From Octopus vulgaris (lineage: Eukaryota): 64,000 bases of DNA. A program made the position numbers and the translations under genes. Of this stretch, positions 25,323-39,639 are shown piece after piece (position 1 is the first letter of the stretch; the number at the start of each line of letters is the position of its first letter). A model generated the notes under the pieces. The model saw nothing but the letters and a program-made list of their open reading frames with translations, searched no databases and was not told the DNA's origin. The stretch is from NCBI GenBank assembly GCA_951406725.2, contig OX597821.1, forward strand, positions 20,398,001-20,462,000, read 5' to 3'.

Positions 25323-25705
25323 GGAGGCGCAATGGCCCAGTGGTTAGGGCAGCGGACTCGCGGTCATAGGATCGCGGCTTCGATTCCCAGACCGGGTGTT
25401 GTGAGTGTTTATTGAGCGAAAACACCTAAAGCTCCACGAGGCTCCGGCAGGGGATGGTGGTGATCCCTGCTGTACTCTTTCACCACAACTTTCTCTCACT
25501 CTTACTTCCTGTTTCTGTTGTACCTTGTATTTCAAAGGGCCGGCCTTGTCACTCTCTGTGTCACGCTGAATATCCCCGAGAACTACGTTAAGGGTACACG
25601 TGTCTGTGGAGTGCTCAGCCACTTACACGTTAATTTCACGAGCAGGCTGTTCCGTTGATCGGATCAACCGGAACCCTCGTCGTCGTAACCGACGGAGTGC
25701 TTCCA
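25323..25705 (+). mobile_element. tRNA-derived SINE, family A, full length
   Basis: Near-identical to 1238-1621; imperfect TSD TATGT(T/C)TTTAT. Confidence 0.9.
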
Positions 25706-27824
25706 TATGTCTTTATGAAACAAACAGTTGATTACTGAAAATATTTTCCAACAAATTGAAGTTATATAATTGCTGCAATGTATGAGGGAATTGTAATATT
25801 CTTTGTTGTTTTGGAGAACAACTTCGAAAATCATTACCTCCTCTCTCAAATGAGTAATATGTTGACTATTTAGGTAACGGCGTGGATAGAGCGATATTCT
25901 TTTGGCAGTTCGCTAAATGGTAGTGTCATGTGATAAAGTAGCAGTATAAAGGTAGTTCCGAAATGGCGTAAAAAGATAGATTGTCATTGATAAATTGCAC
26001 CAGCGAATTAAAGCCTGGTTACATTACATGACGGAATGAATAAGACGTTTACAAAAAGGCGGTCTTACTAGATTGAACAATACAGGTAACTCCATTAGCA
26101 CTTCGTTCATTCATTTTCTGATGATTGCCTATCTAGAAAGAAACTTCAAATAATTTAAACATATTAGACACTAACAATTAATATACGAACGTAACTTTAG
26201 AATTCCGCCAGTTTTCACAGACAATGATATCATATTCATGGACCCAACGTTCACTTAGCTAACCTGCATCCTATCAACATTTATATTATTGAATATAAAC
26301 AAAAATTTGTAATACTTTTCCTATAATATCCCAACTCTCTCTGCAGTTTGATATTTCAGCATCGCAGTAAAATGCTAAGCCGAGTATAAATGCACTGTTT
26401 TTCCACCACATGCAAAAATTGCTGCCGTTAAGCAGTCGTTTGGAAGGTTATTTAACCACGAAAGCATACCATAAATCCTTAAAGCACATTATCCTGTGAA
26501 TTAGTGACAAATATATACGGTGTAGTGAGAATGAATTTTGTTTGATAGCTACTCGATCATATTTGACTAGTTACAAATAATAATAATAACTTCACCCAAT
26601 ATCTTTTAGCATTGCCCTAATTTATCTCTTATGTCGCTCACGTATTAAATAAATGTAGTTAATGCTATCATAAGGGCTTTCTGTATCTTTCTTTCCCTAG
26701 AGTCGGTCTTTGCTCGAAACGTGTCTCAAAAGCATCCGACTTATTCAAAATTTATAAAGTGTAATTGCACAGTCTAATCACAACTATTTTACTTGGAGTG
26801 TGCTTTATTTGTAGATACTCCACTGCTGTTATCAATCCCCAATCAAGGAGAAACTGAAAACGATTATGGACTCTATGTTTCTTTCTTGACTTTTAGAAGA
26901 AACATAACAAAATAACAGGCGCCACTTTTGACGTCCTGTTCTGTTTACCCCATAGGTCAAACTAAGTTGTGAGTACGTAACTTTTTTATTGCAACAATGA
27001 AGAAATATTTGCTTATTTTAGCTTTTGTTTCCTGAAAATTGGCTGTGTTTTACGTATGTAAACGACAATAAATTTTGTGTAGATCTGTTAATAAAAATAA
27101 TAATAACAAAATAATTATTTCTTTCACGGAAACAAAACAAAAATAACAATAGTAATAATGACATAACAGTCGAGAGGGAACTGGCAGCAGTAAATATAAA
27201 TTGTCTGGAGTCTACGTGATTGATAGTGAGATTGTAAACTACTTAAAATAGCTATAATACCAGCAGGAACAGCTGCAGAGCAGTACCATCACCACCAACA
27301 CAACCACCACCACCATCATTACCATCATCAGTACAACCAACGCTACCATTACCACCTACATCACAGTTTCCACAGCAATCAAAGCTAAAAGTAATGGTGA
27401 TCTATAATCTCTGTGTACACTGCTATTTGATAGGTAGCTGTGTACAATGGCCACGGACCAAAATGATTGTGGTCCACTTATGTAAAAACTGAAACTAGAT
27501 TCAAACGAGAGAAAGAAATATTATATAAAGAAAGATCACATATAAATCAACACGATAAATATCGTCTTGTTTTGATACTTCGGTATTTAGATATCACAAT
27601 TGCTGTCTAACATGAACAGTTAACGAGGAATTCGTCTTCGATTTTATATGGCTGTTCGGGCTGTTCATGTTGATTAACAGCTCACATATGATCAGAAGGA
27701 TATTCTATCGCTTGAGATGCAATCGTTATCATTATTCAGTCTAGCTAGTTGCATATCAGTGTAGAGTCTTCCTATTTGGTGCATAAGAATGTATGTATAT
27801 AGGTGTGTGTGTGCAAATTTATAT

Positions 27825-28244
27825 ACTCTCTTTTACTCTTTTTACTCTTTTATTTGTTTCAGTCATTTGACTGCGGCCATGCTGGAGCACCGCCTTTTAG
27901 TCGAGCAAATCGACCCCGGGACTTATTCTTTGTAAGCCCAATACTTATTCTATCGGACTCTTTTGCCGAAACGCTAAGTGACGGGGACGTAAACACACCA
28001 GCATCGGTTGTCAAGCAATGCTAGGGGGACAAACACAGACACACAAACACACACACACACTCACATATATATATATATATACATATATACGACAGGCTTC
28101 TTTCAGTTTCCGTCTACCAAATCCACTCACAAGGCATTGGTCGGCCGGGGCTATAGCAGAAGACACTTGCCCAAGATTCCACTCAGTGGGACTGAACCCG
28201 GAACGATGTGGTTTGTTAGCAAGCTACTTACCACACAGCCACTC
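27825..28244 (-). mobile_element. SINE family B
   Basis: Aligns to 24451-24867. Confidence 0.92.
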
Positions 28245-28312
28245 TACATATATTTATGACCAGCTCTATCTTTTTGGCTATCTATCTATCCATCTATCTA
28301 TCTCTCCCACTC

Positions 28313-28354
<42 letters not shown>

Positions 28355-28507
28355 GCTTGCCCTCTCTAATATATATGCATATATATAATTAAGATTCACT
28401 TGAATTAGGCACATCAATTGAGGCACAAAGCCAGTCCGGTATAGTGCGCGCAGCTCGAAGTCAGGTGAAAACATGTAAATAAGTAACAAGGATATCCAGA
28501 CATCGAT

Positions 28508-28592
28508 GCATTACGGCCGTTTCGAGCGACTCCATTTAATCGATCAACGATAACATTACATCAATTTGAAAGAAACCACTCTCCTCAAATGT
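28508..28592 (-). ncRNA. Hammerhead-like motif, long stem II, core variant TTGAGGA, inside an element at about 28390-28745
   Basis: ACAT-TTGAGGA-GAGTG...CGCTC-GAAAC-GGCC-GTA-ATGC. Confidence 0.6.
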
Positions 28593-28749
28593 AGATGGCC
28601 ATATAGATTCTCAACATGAAGGATACACCATTTTAAGCAAATTTATATCAGTGCTAGAAACCAAAATGATTACATCGTTCCCTTGTGTTATATTTGTGGC
28701 AGAATGAATTTAGAGAATAATACTTATTTTATTAAGCCTACTATAATTT

Positions 28750-28914
28750 GGCGCAGGAGTGGCTGTGTGGTAAGTAGCTTGTTTACCAACCACATGGTTC
28801 CGGGTTCAGTCCCACTGCGTGGCACCTTGGGCAAGTGTCTTCTACTATAGCCTCGGGCCGACCAAAGCCTTATGAGTGGATTTGGTAGACGGAAACTGAA
28901 AGAAGCCCGTCGTA

Positions 28915-28967
<53 letters not shown>

Positions 28968-29183
28968 GCGTGTGTGTGTTTGTGTGTCTGTGTTTGTCCC
29001 CCTAGCATTGTTTGACAACCGATGCTGGTGTGTTTATGTCCCCGTCACTTGGCGGTTCGGCAAAAGAGACCGATAGAATAAGTACTGGGCTTACAAAAGA
29101 ATAAGTCTCGGGGTCGAGTTGCTCGATTAAAGGCGGTGCACCAGCATGGCCGCAGTCAAATGACTGAAACAAGTAAAAGAGAG
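28750..29183 (+). mobile_element. SINE family B
   Basis: Full head, internal microsatellite and tail. Confidence 0.92.
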
Positions 29184-29830
29184 TAGGAGAGGAAAGTAAT
29201 GTAGGGGCCGGGGTCAAGATATAGGGGTGGTGTGATAGTTACATGTTTTTTTTTATTTTTAAGATTTTATGTAGCATATAGTCTACAACGAGTTAGAATT
29301 AAATCAATTGTTTTCTAGTTGATGGTGATAAATTTATTAATATCAGACAATCTCCCTGATCCTTATTTTATTGGGACTGTATATTTAGCTTTATCTACAT
29401 GAAAGAATATGTCACAGAGCTGCTAGTGCGAGAATGACTGATGGGCAAGAGGTAATAACTAGAAGAAGGAGGGATAGGGTTTGCTAATACTTATTTAGAT
29501 TATCAAATAAAAGGAGAACATTGTGAAAAACTTGAGATATGAGAAATATAAGCTCTAAGTGTCGGAATTAGAATTGAGGGATATGGCATGTAGTAATTCA
29601 TAATTAAGCAAATTTATTATATTAAATTTGGAAAAGAACAATTAAATCAATATATAGGAAAAGGATAGAAATTAAACTTAAAATCTAATAAAGGGGGTGT
29701 ATACATACACACACACACACATGTATATATATATATATATATATATATAAATATGTGTATATATGTGGTTTATATATATGTGTGTATATATACATATATG
29801 TATATATAAATATATATATACCTGTATATA

Positions 29831-29887
<57 letters not shown>

Positions 29888-29904
29888 CAGAGAGAGAGAG
29901 AGAG

Positions 29905-29981
<77 letters not shown>

Positions 29982-30700
29982 TAGATATATACAGAGAGAG
30001 AGACAGAGAGACATAGATAGATAACATTGCGCGTTAGTACTCAGCACCTGTTACAAAATAGCACCGGGGTTTTCATTAATTGATACCAAGAGTAGTCCTT
30101 AATAAAATATCACTGCTTACACCTGATGCTGAAGCGTAGGGATTAACATCGGACAGACGTCAAAATGTGTAGTATTCACTGATACTGTCTTTGATTCTGA
30201 AACGGATATCATCTCATGTGATGCAGAAATATGAAGGCGCATCAGTAATTAAATAGGGCTTGTATGGACGGCCAAAATACTGTACCGAATGTTTAAGAAA
30301 TGGTGTCTGTGTTTCTGTTTAGGAACAGTTACGACAAATCGATGGGATAGATCCGAACACTGAAAATTGACAGTTTAATTGCCCCATGATCTTGTGGCCT
30401 TATAATAAAGAAAATAGATCATAATCAATTGCAGAAATCTTATGCTACTGCTGCTACTCGTTCTGGTAGCTTTAGGTTTACACATCCTCTGTTTTCTGCT
30501 TTCCCAAATATTATCACTATACCTATATCAATAGTCTTCATGTGGTTATTATACACACGGCGACTAGCTGGTACAATCTTGAATGCGTCGGGAGAATGCT
30601 TACCGGCATTTCGTCGTTCGTTACTTGTATTATTATTATTATTGAGTGAGAGAGCAGTTCATGCCATCAAAGTGACACTGGGGTAAAATATACCCATCAT

Positions 30701-30744
<44 letters not shown>

Positions 30745-32085
30745 GACTTACTGTATATATAAGCTTGCTTTTGCAATACTGATATCATGTAACCCAGCAC
30801 GATTTTCTCGCATTATCTGGTAGCAGGCGACTAAGCCAACAACCCCAAACAAGGTTCCTTTCTGCAAAGGGAGATTTTAGGACATCATCCTGTATGAAAA
30901 ACAAGACGACGTCAACGGGTGAATGAAATAATTATAATCGGTATAGTCAATGGTCATTGTTGCTTACCAGTCATAGGGGAGGGAATCCATCTAGGAGAAA
31001 TAAATCAGTGAAATAAAAACCTTTTAGTGAGGATTTTGTAAACAGCGGATAATATTTTACACAGAAAAAAAATTATGACATGGAGTTTCCACTCTGGGTG
31101 ACAGATAAAAAATAAGAATAATGGGTAGGTATATTTATGTATGTATGTTTGCAAGTGTATAAAGATTAGTGGGTTTGTGTGTGTGTATGTGAGTGTTTGT
31201 GTATGTGTGAGTGTGCGTTTGTGTACGTAAGTGTTTGTGTTAGTGTGCATTTGTTTGTTCGTTAGTGTGTGTCGGCAAATAGATACCAATAATAATTTGT
31301 AACATAAAATTAAAACATTGAAAGAGAAACTAACTTCTGCTTAATTCTCTTTATTGAACAACTTTAAAATAAACATAAAAAAGGCATTGGTTCGTAAAGT
31401 CAATAGCAATATGGTTCACTGAAACTTTAGGCAAAAGAGAGGAAGCTAACGAAACGTATTTGTCGAAAGCCACAAACATGTTGAATGTCGTCTGCCTGGA
31501 GACGTCCATATAAACAATATGGTGGAAAAAGTGAGATTTATGCATCGTTGCTGATGCTGAAGGCAATTTCCTCTCGCTGCCATTGATTCTTCTTATGTAT
31601 CACTGCACAGCATAATATATCTTCCTAGAACGTCTAGATGTCTCAAGCAGCGTTCATGTATATACATACATACATACATACATATATATATGTATGTATG
31701 TATTTATGTATGTATGTATGTATGTATGTATGTATGTATGTATGTATTTATGTATGTATGTATGTATGTATGTATGTATGTATATATTATATATATATAC
31801 AAAGACAGAGAGAGAGTGAGAGCAAGTCAAAGAAAGAGAGAAAGTGAGGGAGAGGGTTGTGTGTATTTGCGTGTCTATGTGTATATATATATATATATGC
31901 GCGTGTTTATGTATATATATATTTATATGTGCGTGTGTATGTATATATATATTTATATGTATGTTTGTGTATGTATATATATACATACGTACATGTATTT
32001 GTATATGTATTTATATAGATGTATACACTTGTACACCTTTATGATCAGTTGCGTATGTGTAAGTGTATATTCATATAAGTATATG

Positions 32086-32139
<54 letters not shown>

Positions 32140-32517
32140 CAGAGAGAGAGGGAGAAAGAGAGGGAGATAGAAATAGAGAGAAAGAAATGGAGAGAAAGAG
32201 ACAGCTGTGAATAGATATACGCGATTTTATATATACACATACACACGCGTACAGTTATATTTTCGTATATAGATATATATGATATGTGCGTATGTGTGTG
32301 TAACGCGATGTTTCATGGAGATGGCGTGAGTATGCTTCTGTTCGTGTACGTGTGTGTCTCTGTGTGTGTATTTGTGTGTGTATGTATATGCATGTGTGTG
32401 CGTGCGTATATGTTTACTTGATATCTTATTCACACCATTATTCAGCTTGATATCCTGCGTTGACCGAGATTCTCCTTCACAGCCGTCAGCGTAAAATTAC
32501 TTAATTATTTATTCCAC

Positions 32518-32570
<53 letters not shown>

Positions 32571-32664
32571 TCAAGAGGAAGAAAATCATCATCATCGTCG
32601 TCATCATTATCATCATTCTTATCGTCATGTCTATTTTCATCACTGATACTTTCAGGGGAAGAAC

Positions 32665-32713
<49 letters not shown>

Positions 32714-32714
<1 letters not shown>

Positions 32715-33258
32715 GAGTGAGAGAGCAGTGCATGCCATCAAAGTGACACTGGGGTAAAATATACGAAGCCCAATATACCCATCATGACTACCCGTCTGAT
32801 AAAGGTACACCAGGCACATGCATCACAACCATATGTGCGCGACATGGTGATCTCATATCAAGATAAACACCACATGACCTTGCAGGTTAGAATTTTCTTC
32901 TGGTTGAGTAGCCCATCCCGCTCAAACGGTCCCTGAATAAGGGTTGTTTAAGGATGTTGAAAGAACCACCCATGTTTCCAGAGGTGAACTATTCAAACCC
33001 CAAAGAATCCCTCTCAACACATGGCTATGATGCTCCCCCACTACTTCTGCTCGTGATCAGAGATGCACATATCGTCAGCCACTAAGGGACATGCTCAACT
33101 GGTTAAGGTCAAACAACTGACAAGCAAATCTATGGTATTGAGCAGAATATTTGCTGTAGCCCATCTTTTATACAAAGACAAAACAATGTACATGATAACA
33201 CTTCCAATCAGTTAAGATCAGAAGCCATGAGAGCCACTGCCTGGTACTGCATCAGGGC

Positions 33259-33262
<4 letters not shown>
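32714..33262. mobile_element. Non-coding interspersed element inserted in a (TAA)n tract
   Basis: (ATT)n on both sides. An end fragment recurs at 30642-30704, also after (ATT)n, and an internal fragment recurs at 42650-42710. Confidence 0.7.
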
Positions 33263-33297
<35 letters not shown>

Positions 33298-33370
33298 CAT
33301 TATTATTATTATTATTTGTAGTAGTAGTAGTAGTAGTAGTAGTAGCAGCAGTAGCAATAGCAGCAGTAGT

Positions 33371-33426
<56 letters not shown>

Positions 33427-33434
33427 CACCAGTC

Positions 33435-33500
<66 letters not shown>

Positions 33501-33506
33501 ATATAT

Positions 33507-33938
33507 AGGCGCAGGAGTGGCTGTGTGGTAAGTAGCCTGCTAACCAACCACATGGTTCCGGGTTCAGTCCCACTGCGTGTCATCTTGGGCAAGTGTCTTC
33601 TGCTATAGCCCTGGGTCGACCAATGCCTTGTGAGTGGATTTGGTAGACGGACACTGAAAGAAGCCTGTCGTATATATGTATATATATATATATATAAGTG
33701 TGTGTGTACGTGTGTGTGTTTGTGTGACTGTGTTTGTCCCCCTATCATTGCTTGACAACCGATGCTGGTGTGTTTACGTCCCTGTCACTTAGTGGTTCGG
33801 CAAAAGAGACCGATATAATAAGTACTGGGCTTACAAAGAATAAGTCCCGGGGTCGATTTGCTCGACTAAAGGCGGTGCGCCAGCATGGCCGCAGTCAAAT
33901 GACTGAAACAAGTAAAAGAGTAAAAGAGTAAAAGAGTA
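33507..33938 (+). mobile_element. SINE family B (left parent of tandem duplication)
   Basis: Full-length copy. Confidence 0.92.
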
Positions 33939-34683
33939 TATATATATATACATACACAAAAAGGGATGCGGCTGTACGCAATATAAAGCCAGAATGGAAA
34001 AATTCAATTGTTACTAAGTATGACTGACGGTACACGATAGCACCTACATTGCTAGAAATAAGGGTTAAAATACCGTTACCCACCAGGAAGCTCATACATA
34101 AAGTTATGTATACACAAGGTGTCCCAAAACTCATTGATGGGTTTCAGTTTTTAATAACTACCTTAACTTACAAATGAAGGCATGAAATTTTGATACAATA
34201 TAAATGACATAATGGAAATTAATATGCAGAGATTAAGTTTTGCAACAACACTACATCACATGCGAAAATGACATCACTTTAATGGCAGCCATTTTCGGCT
34301 TCGCATACCCGTTCCCTTTCCAAACCTTGCGCAGTAACACCCTCAAGCGTTTCAGACCCCACTTCCCTGATTTCTCTATTGATGCACCAGTCTCCTCAAT
34401 GTTGACATAAACCATCCCATTTAGGTATCCCGGAGAAATAAGAACGTAAAGACAGACGAATTTCACCGAATCATCTTCCCAGCTTGCCAGCTCGTCGCCT
34501 TATGTGGCCACCTTAATATTGATTGGAGTGGCTGTGTGGTAAGTGGCTTGCTAACAAACCACATCGTTCCGGGTTCAGTCCCACTGCGTGGCATCTTGGG
34601 CAAGTGTCTTCTGCTATAGGCCCGGGCCGACCAATGCCTTGTGAGTTGATTTGGTAGACGGAAACTAAAAGAAGCCTGCCGTA

Positions 34684-34744
<61 letters not shown>

Positions 34745-35708
34745 ATGTGTTTGTGTGTCTGTGTGTTTGTCCCCCTAGCATTGTTTGACAACGGATGCTG
34801 GTGTGTTTACGTCCCTGTCACTTAGTGGTTCGGCAAAAGAGACCGATAGAATAAGTACTGGGCTTACAAAGAATAAGTCCCGGGGTCGATTTGCTCGACT
34901 AAAGGCGGTGCGCCAGCATGGCCGCAGTCAAATGACTGAAACAAGTAAAAGAGTAAAAGAGTATATATATATATACATACACAAAAAGGGATGCGGCTGT
35001 ACGCAATATAAAGCCAGAATGGAAAAATTCAATTGTTACTAAGTATGACTGACGGTACACGATAGCACCTACATTGCTAGAAATAAGGGTTAAAATACCG
35101 TTACCCACCGGAAGCTCATACATAAAGTTATGTATACACAAGGTGTCCCAAAACTCATTGATGGGTTTCAGTTTTTAATAACTACCTTAACTTACAAATG
35201 AAGGCATGAAATTTTGATACAATATAAATGACATAATGGAAATTAATATGCAGAGATTAAGTTTTGCAACAACACTACATCACATGCAAAAAATGACATC
35301 ACTTTAATGGCAGCCATTTTCGGCTTCGCATACCCGTTCCCTTTCCAAACCTTGCGCAGTAACACCCTCAAGCGTTTCAGACCCCACTTCCCTGATTTCT
35401 CTATTGATGCACCAGTCTCCTCAATGTTGACATAAACCATCCCATTTAGGTATCCCGGAGAAATAAGAACGTAAAGACAGACGAATTTCACCGAATCATC
35501 TTCCCAGCTTGCCAGCTCGTCGCCTTATGTGGCCACCTTAATATTGATTGGAGTGGCTGTGTGGTAAGTGGCTTGCTAACAAACCACATCGTTCCGGGTT
35601 CAGTCCCACTGCGTGGCATCTTGGGCAAGTGTCTTCTGCTATAGGCCCGGGCCGACCAATGCCTTGTGAGTTGATTTGGTAGACGGAAACTAAAAGAAGC
35701 CTGCCGTA

Positions 35709-35777
<69 letters not shown>

Positions 35778-35830
35778 ATGTGTTTGTGTGTCTGTGTTTG
35801 TCCCCCTAGCATTGTTTGACAACCGATGCT
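33790..35830 (+). repeat. Tandem duplication, unit about 1024 bp
   Basis: 33940-34790 is almost identical to 34964-35820; for example AAAAAGGGATGCGGCTG occurs at about 33958 and 34983. Confidence 0.95.
34524..34963 (+). mobile_element. SINE family B, recombinant copy
   Basis: 5' half carries the variants of the 35549 copy; 3' half carries the variants of the 33507 copy. Confidence 0.92.
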
Positions 35831-35990
35831 GGTGTGTTTATGTCCCCGTTACTTAGCGGTTCGGCAAAAGAGACCGATAGGATAAGTACTGGGCTTACAA
35901 AGAATAATTCCCGGGGTCGATTTGCTCGACTAAAGGCGGTGCTCCAGCATGGCCGCAGTCGAAAGACTGAAACAAGTAAAAAAAAAAAAG
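35549..35990 (+). mobile_element. SINE family B (right parent of tandem duplication)
   Basis: Near full-length copy. Confidence 0.92.
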
Positions 35991-37239
35991 AATGATAAAT
36001 AATGATTTCAAATTTTTTGAAGGGGTACACTAGCATTTTAGGTGACCGGAAAGTTGATTAGATCGAATATAGAACTTAACTGGTACTTATTCTTAACAAT
36101 TCATAAATAATCCAAAGGAAACGTCGAACATTGCAGGAATTTGATTTAGAACGTATCATGACGCAAAGTAGCGTGTGAAGGGTGGCAGCACTTCTTTCAG
36201 TTCGACGCCTTAACTACACTAATAATTATGATAGTTATAATAAAAACGTAATCAAAGTAAGTAAAAATAATGATAAGAACAAGAAATACGAACCACTTTA
36301 AAGGTATTTGGGGTCAAATGAATTATTGACCAACAACAAATAAATATTACTGTAGCGAGTAGCGAAAGTTTTCTCAGCCAACTGAAATAGAAATACATAT
36401 TAAATACCGATTGGTCTATTTGTATTGTTTAGATATTATGGCAGCTACTCTCAGGCATGTCATAAGGTTACATCATTTGTCTGATTCCCTTACGTATATA
36501 TACGTATATATATGTGTGTGTTGTGTGTGTGTACGTATGTATATGTGTATGTATGCATGTGTGTTATAGGCGTATATCCTCCAGACTCGGGCGTATACAT
36601 ATGTGCACATTTACAAACACGTATGTATGTGTATGTACACACACACACAGACATATATATAAACATCTACACATGCAATTACATATAAACACAAAAGCAT
36701 TTGCTAACCCCTCTAAACAAACTGAACTGGCTATAGTTTAGAAATATGAAGCATTTAGAAGCCAGCAAACCATGATATTATTACGGACCAGTCATAGCAA
36801 ACATATACTGGCCTCGGATAATTGTTTTCTGATGAGAGTCTTTGCATCTCTGTATCAATTCCAGATTCACAGATATATATGTGAGTGTCGTAATGTAGGC
36901 GTATTTGCTTTTGTGTCTATGTTTATTGGTGAGTGGCTGTGCATATTTGCATAGCAAGAGGAGGTCAGTGTGTATTTCAATATGAATAACAAGTATTCTA
37001 TGCTACACACGATGCACATGCAAGCCCATGTATTTCATATATCTAGTTTTTCATGATATATATCTTCGATGCGTGCTAACCCATAGGTATATATGTATTT
37101 ATGTATGTATATATTTATACATGCACACACACACGCGCGCGCGCGCGCACACATATATATATATATATACACACATACACACACATAAACTGATCGGAGA
37201 TATGTGAAGTGAAATTATAGATGTATATCACATTATATG

Positions 37240-39245
37240 TTTATCTCAAACTTTCGCAGGCGTCCCCGACATCTGAACATCTCCCCGGCCGATCTCTCCG
37301 CCCTTCGATGTCTCCGACGCCGCAAAGACATTATCCTAAAACCATCCAACAAGAGTGGAGCCGTGTTGGTGTGGCGCCTAGATATCTACAAGGCAGAAGT
37401 TCCCCGGCAACTTCAACACACATACTTCTACGCCTAGCTACCAACAGACATTTTCTTCCACTATCCATGACCTCATCTCCTCCTCCCGTACCCCCTCTGC
37501 CTCTAACTTCATTGTCCGCAGTCCTCGCACCCCAACCATTTATTTCCTTCCCAAAATCCACAAGCTCAACAACCCAGGCCGCCCAATCGTCTCCGCCTGT
37601 AACTGTCCCACGGAACTGATCTCGAAATGCCTCGACCATGAAAGAACATGGTCGAGCCCCCCTAGTGGCTACTAACCCCAAGATTCCGAGCTCGATTTTA
37701 GGCAGTGACTGAATAATAAGAATAATAATAATAACAACATCGAAAAATACCTTACGAATGAGAACCCAGGTTCGAAATTTCCCCAAGACACCTGATGAAG
37801 GTTGGAGTGTATAATCAGCCGAAACCTTGTATTAGCAACAAACAAGATGAGGACAAGCATCCGTGAATTGTAAATAATGCAAACGATGTACATAATTCCT
37901 CATCTCTTAAATATAGAACAGAAGGGCTTCTTGCTCTCAAACAATTCCTAGACCTTCAATCAAACTCCCAACTTTATACGTCCACACTTCTTCGTCTGGA
38001 AGAAAGTTGTTCTCTCCCTCAACTGCTTCTCATGCGCAGTAGAGTTTTACCAACAAGTCTCGGGAGTGGCCATTGGAAAGAGAATGTGCCCAAAATATGA
38101 GAACTTGTTCGTTGGCTACGTTGAGGCCCAAATATTTTCAAGATTCACTGGTCCCACCTCCGAAATATACGGTCGTTATATTGATGACTGCATCGGTGCG
38201 ATCTGACCCTCCCGCGAACCTCTAGATTCCTTACTCTCTTTTGTCCAATCCTTCCATCCTGCCCTCCACTTTTCCTGAATATTTCCAACACTTCCATCGC
38301 TTTTCTCGACATTTCGGTCAACTTACACCACTCAGCTCTCACTACCTCCACCCACTACAAACAAACCGACTCACACTCATACATCAATTTCTTCTACTCC
38401 CACCCTACCCACACCAAGCTTTCCATCCCCCACTCCCAATTCCTCATTCTGCGCAGGCTCTGTAGTGACAACCATCACTCAGTCTCAACACATGGCTCGA
38501 CATTTCATCCTTCGTGGATACCCCCTCACCACTAGTCACAGAGCAATCTCCAGAGCATGTTCCGTGGACCTTGTCTCTGCTCTCTTTCAACTTATGCTGC
38601 CCTTCCCCGTCTCCCGTTTCCCCTCACTTACCACCCTCCACTCTGCCCCTCCAATGCTCCGTTCTCCAAGCCTTCCGGTGACTCCAGTCCGTCCTCATCA
38701 CCTCACACATCTTCTCCAACCTTCAAATGAACCCACAGCCTACGTGACTTCCTGGTCCACAGTTTCGTCCCTAACCTCACCTTCCAACATGGCTCTTTCC
38801 CATACCTCTTCAACACCACCATCTTCATAGGCACCTACCATTGTCCCAATCATATCACTGACTCCTTTTCCTGCACTTCTAGTAACGTCATTTACTGCAT
38901 CTACCACTCTTTCTGACCTTCTTTGTATATCGGTCAAACAGGACGCCGCTTGGCTGACCGGTTCGTGGAGCACCTCTGAAATATCATTCGGCAATGACAC
39001 CCCGGTCTCTTACCATTTCCGCTTTACCGGTTATTCATTACAGCACCTGTCTGTGTTCGGATTGTCTTTGCACAGGGACCATCCGGACCCCTGCTTCCCC
39101 GTGAACAGTAATTAATCTTTTCTCATCACACCTTTGCGTCACATAGGCTCAACCCCCCTCCTCTTTTCATCTGACTCCTCTTCTCTCCTCTCTTCATCTG
39201 ACACTTGCTTCCTCTCTTCACTCCTACCCGTCCCTTCTCTCCATA
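37240..39245 (+). mobile_element. Decayed Penelope-like retroelement, RT plus GIY-YIG, interrupted at about 37638-37920
   Basis: KPSNKSGAVLVW, PKIHKLNNPGRPIVS, YQQVSGVAIGKR, GRYIDD, HYKQTDSH, NVIYCI..LYIGQTGRRLADRFVEHL; frameshifted. Confidence 0.93.
37787..37833 (+). ncRNA. Degenerate hammerhead-like motif in a nested insert (37740-37920)
   Basis: GACAC-CTGATGA-AGGTTG...CAGCC-GAAAC-CTT-GTATT. Confidence 0.5.
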
Positions 39246-39639
39246 GATTTTCAGGCACATTTTTTTTTTATACCATTGGTGAATAAACCAATTATATCTT
39301 GAAAAAATATGTTTTCTTCAGGTGAATTAAAAATCTAAAATTTAGAATTTGGTTCGGAAAAAATACCAAGATGTGAAATTTGTGTTAACCCTCTTATTTG
39401 GACAACAAATAAGAGGGTGAATTCATAGCCAGATTTCATACGCGTATGGGTCATAAGGCCATCAACAAAGCCACACTAGAGCATTTCTTTAAATAGATAA
39501 GCGATAAATCTTTAGAAAAAGACAGTGAAAATAAAATAATTTGAGTTGAGAAGCTGGGTTAAGTTTGAATAATTGAGAAAGAATACCAGGCGCTAAAATA
39601 TGTTTGGCGCCAATTTCAGTGAGGCAACACAGTGTACAC

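Noticed and set aside
33190-33262. Resemblance to U2 snRNA segments
   Set aside because: Only two short imperfect matches; no branch-point recognition sequence or Sm site.
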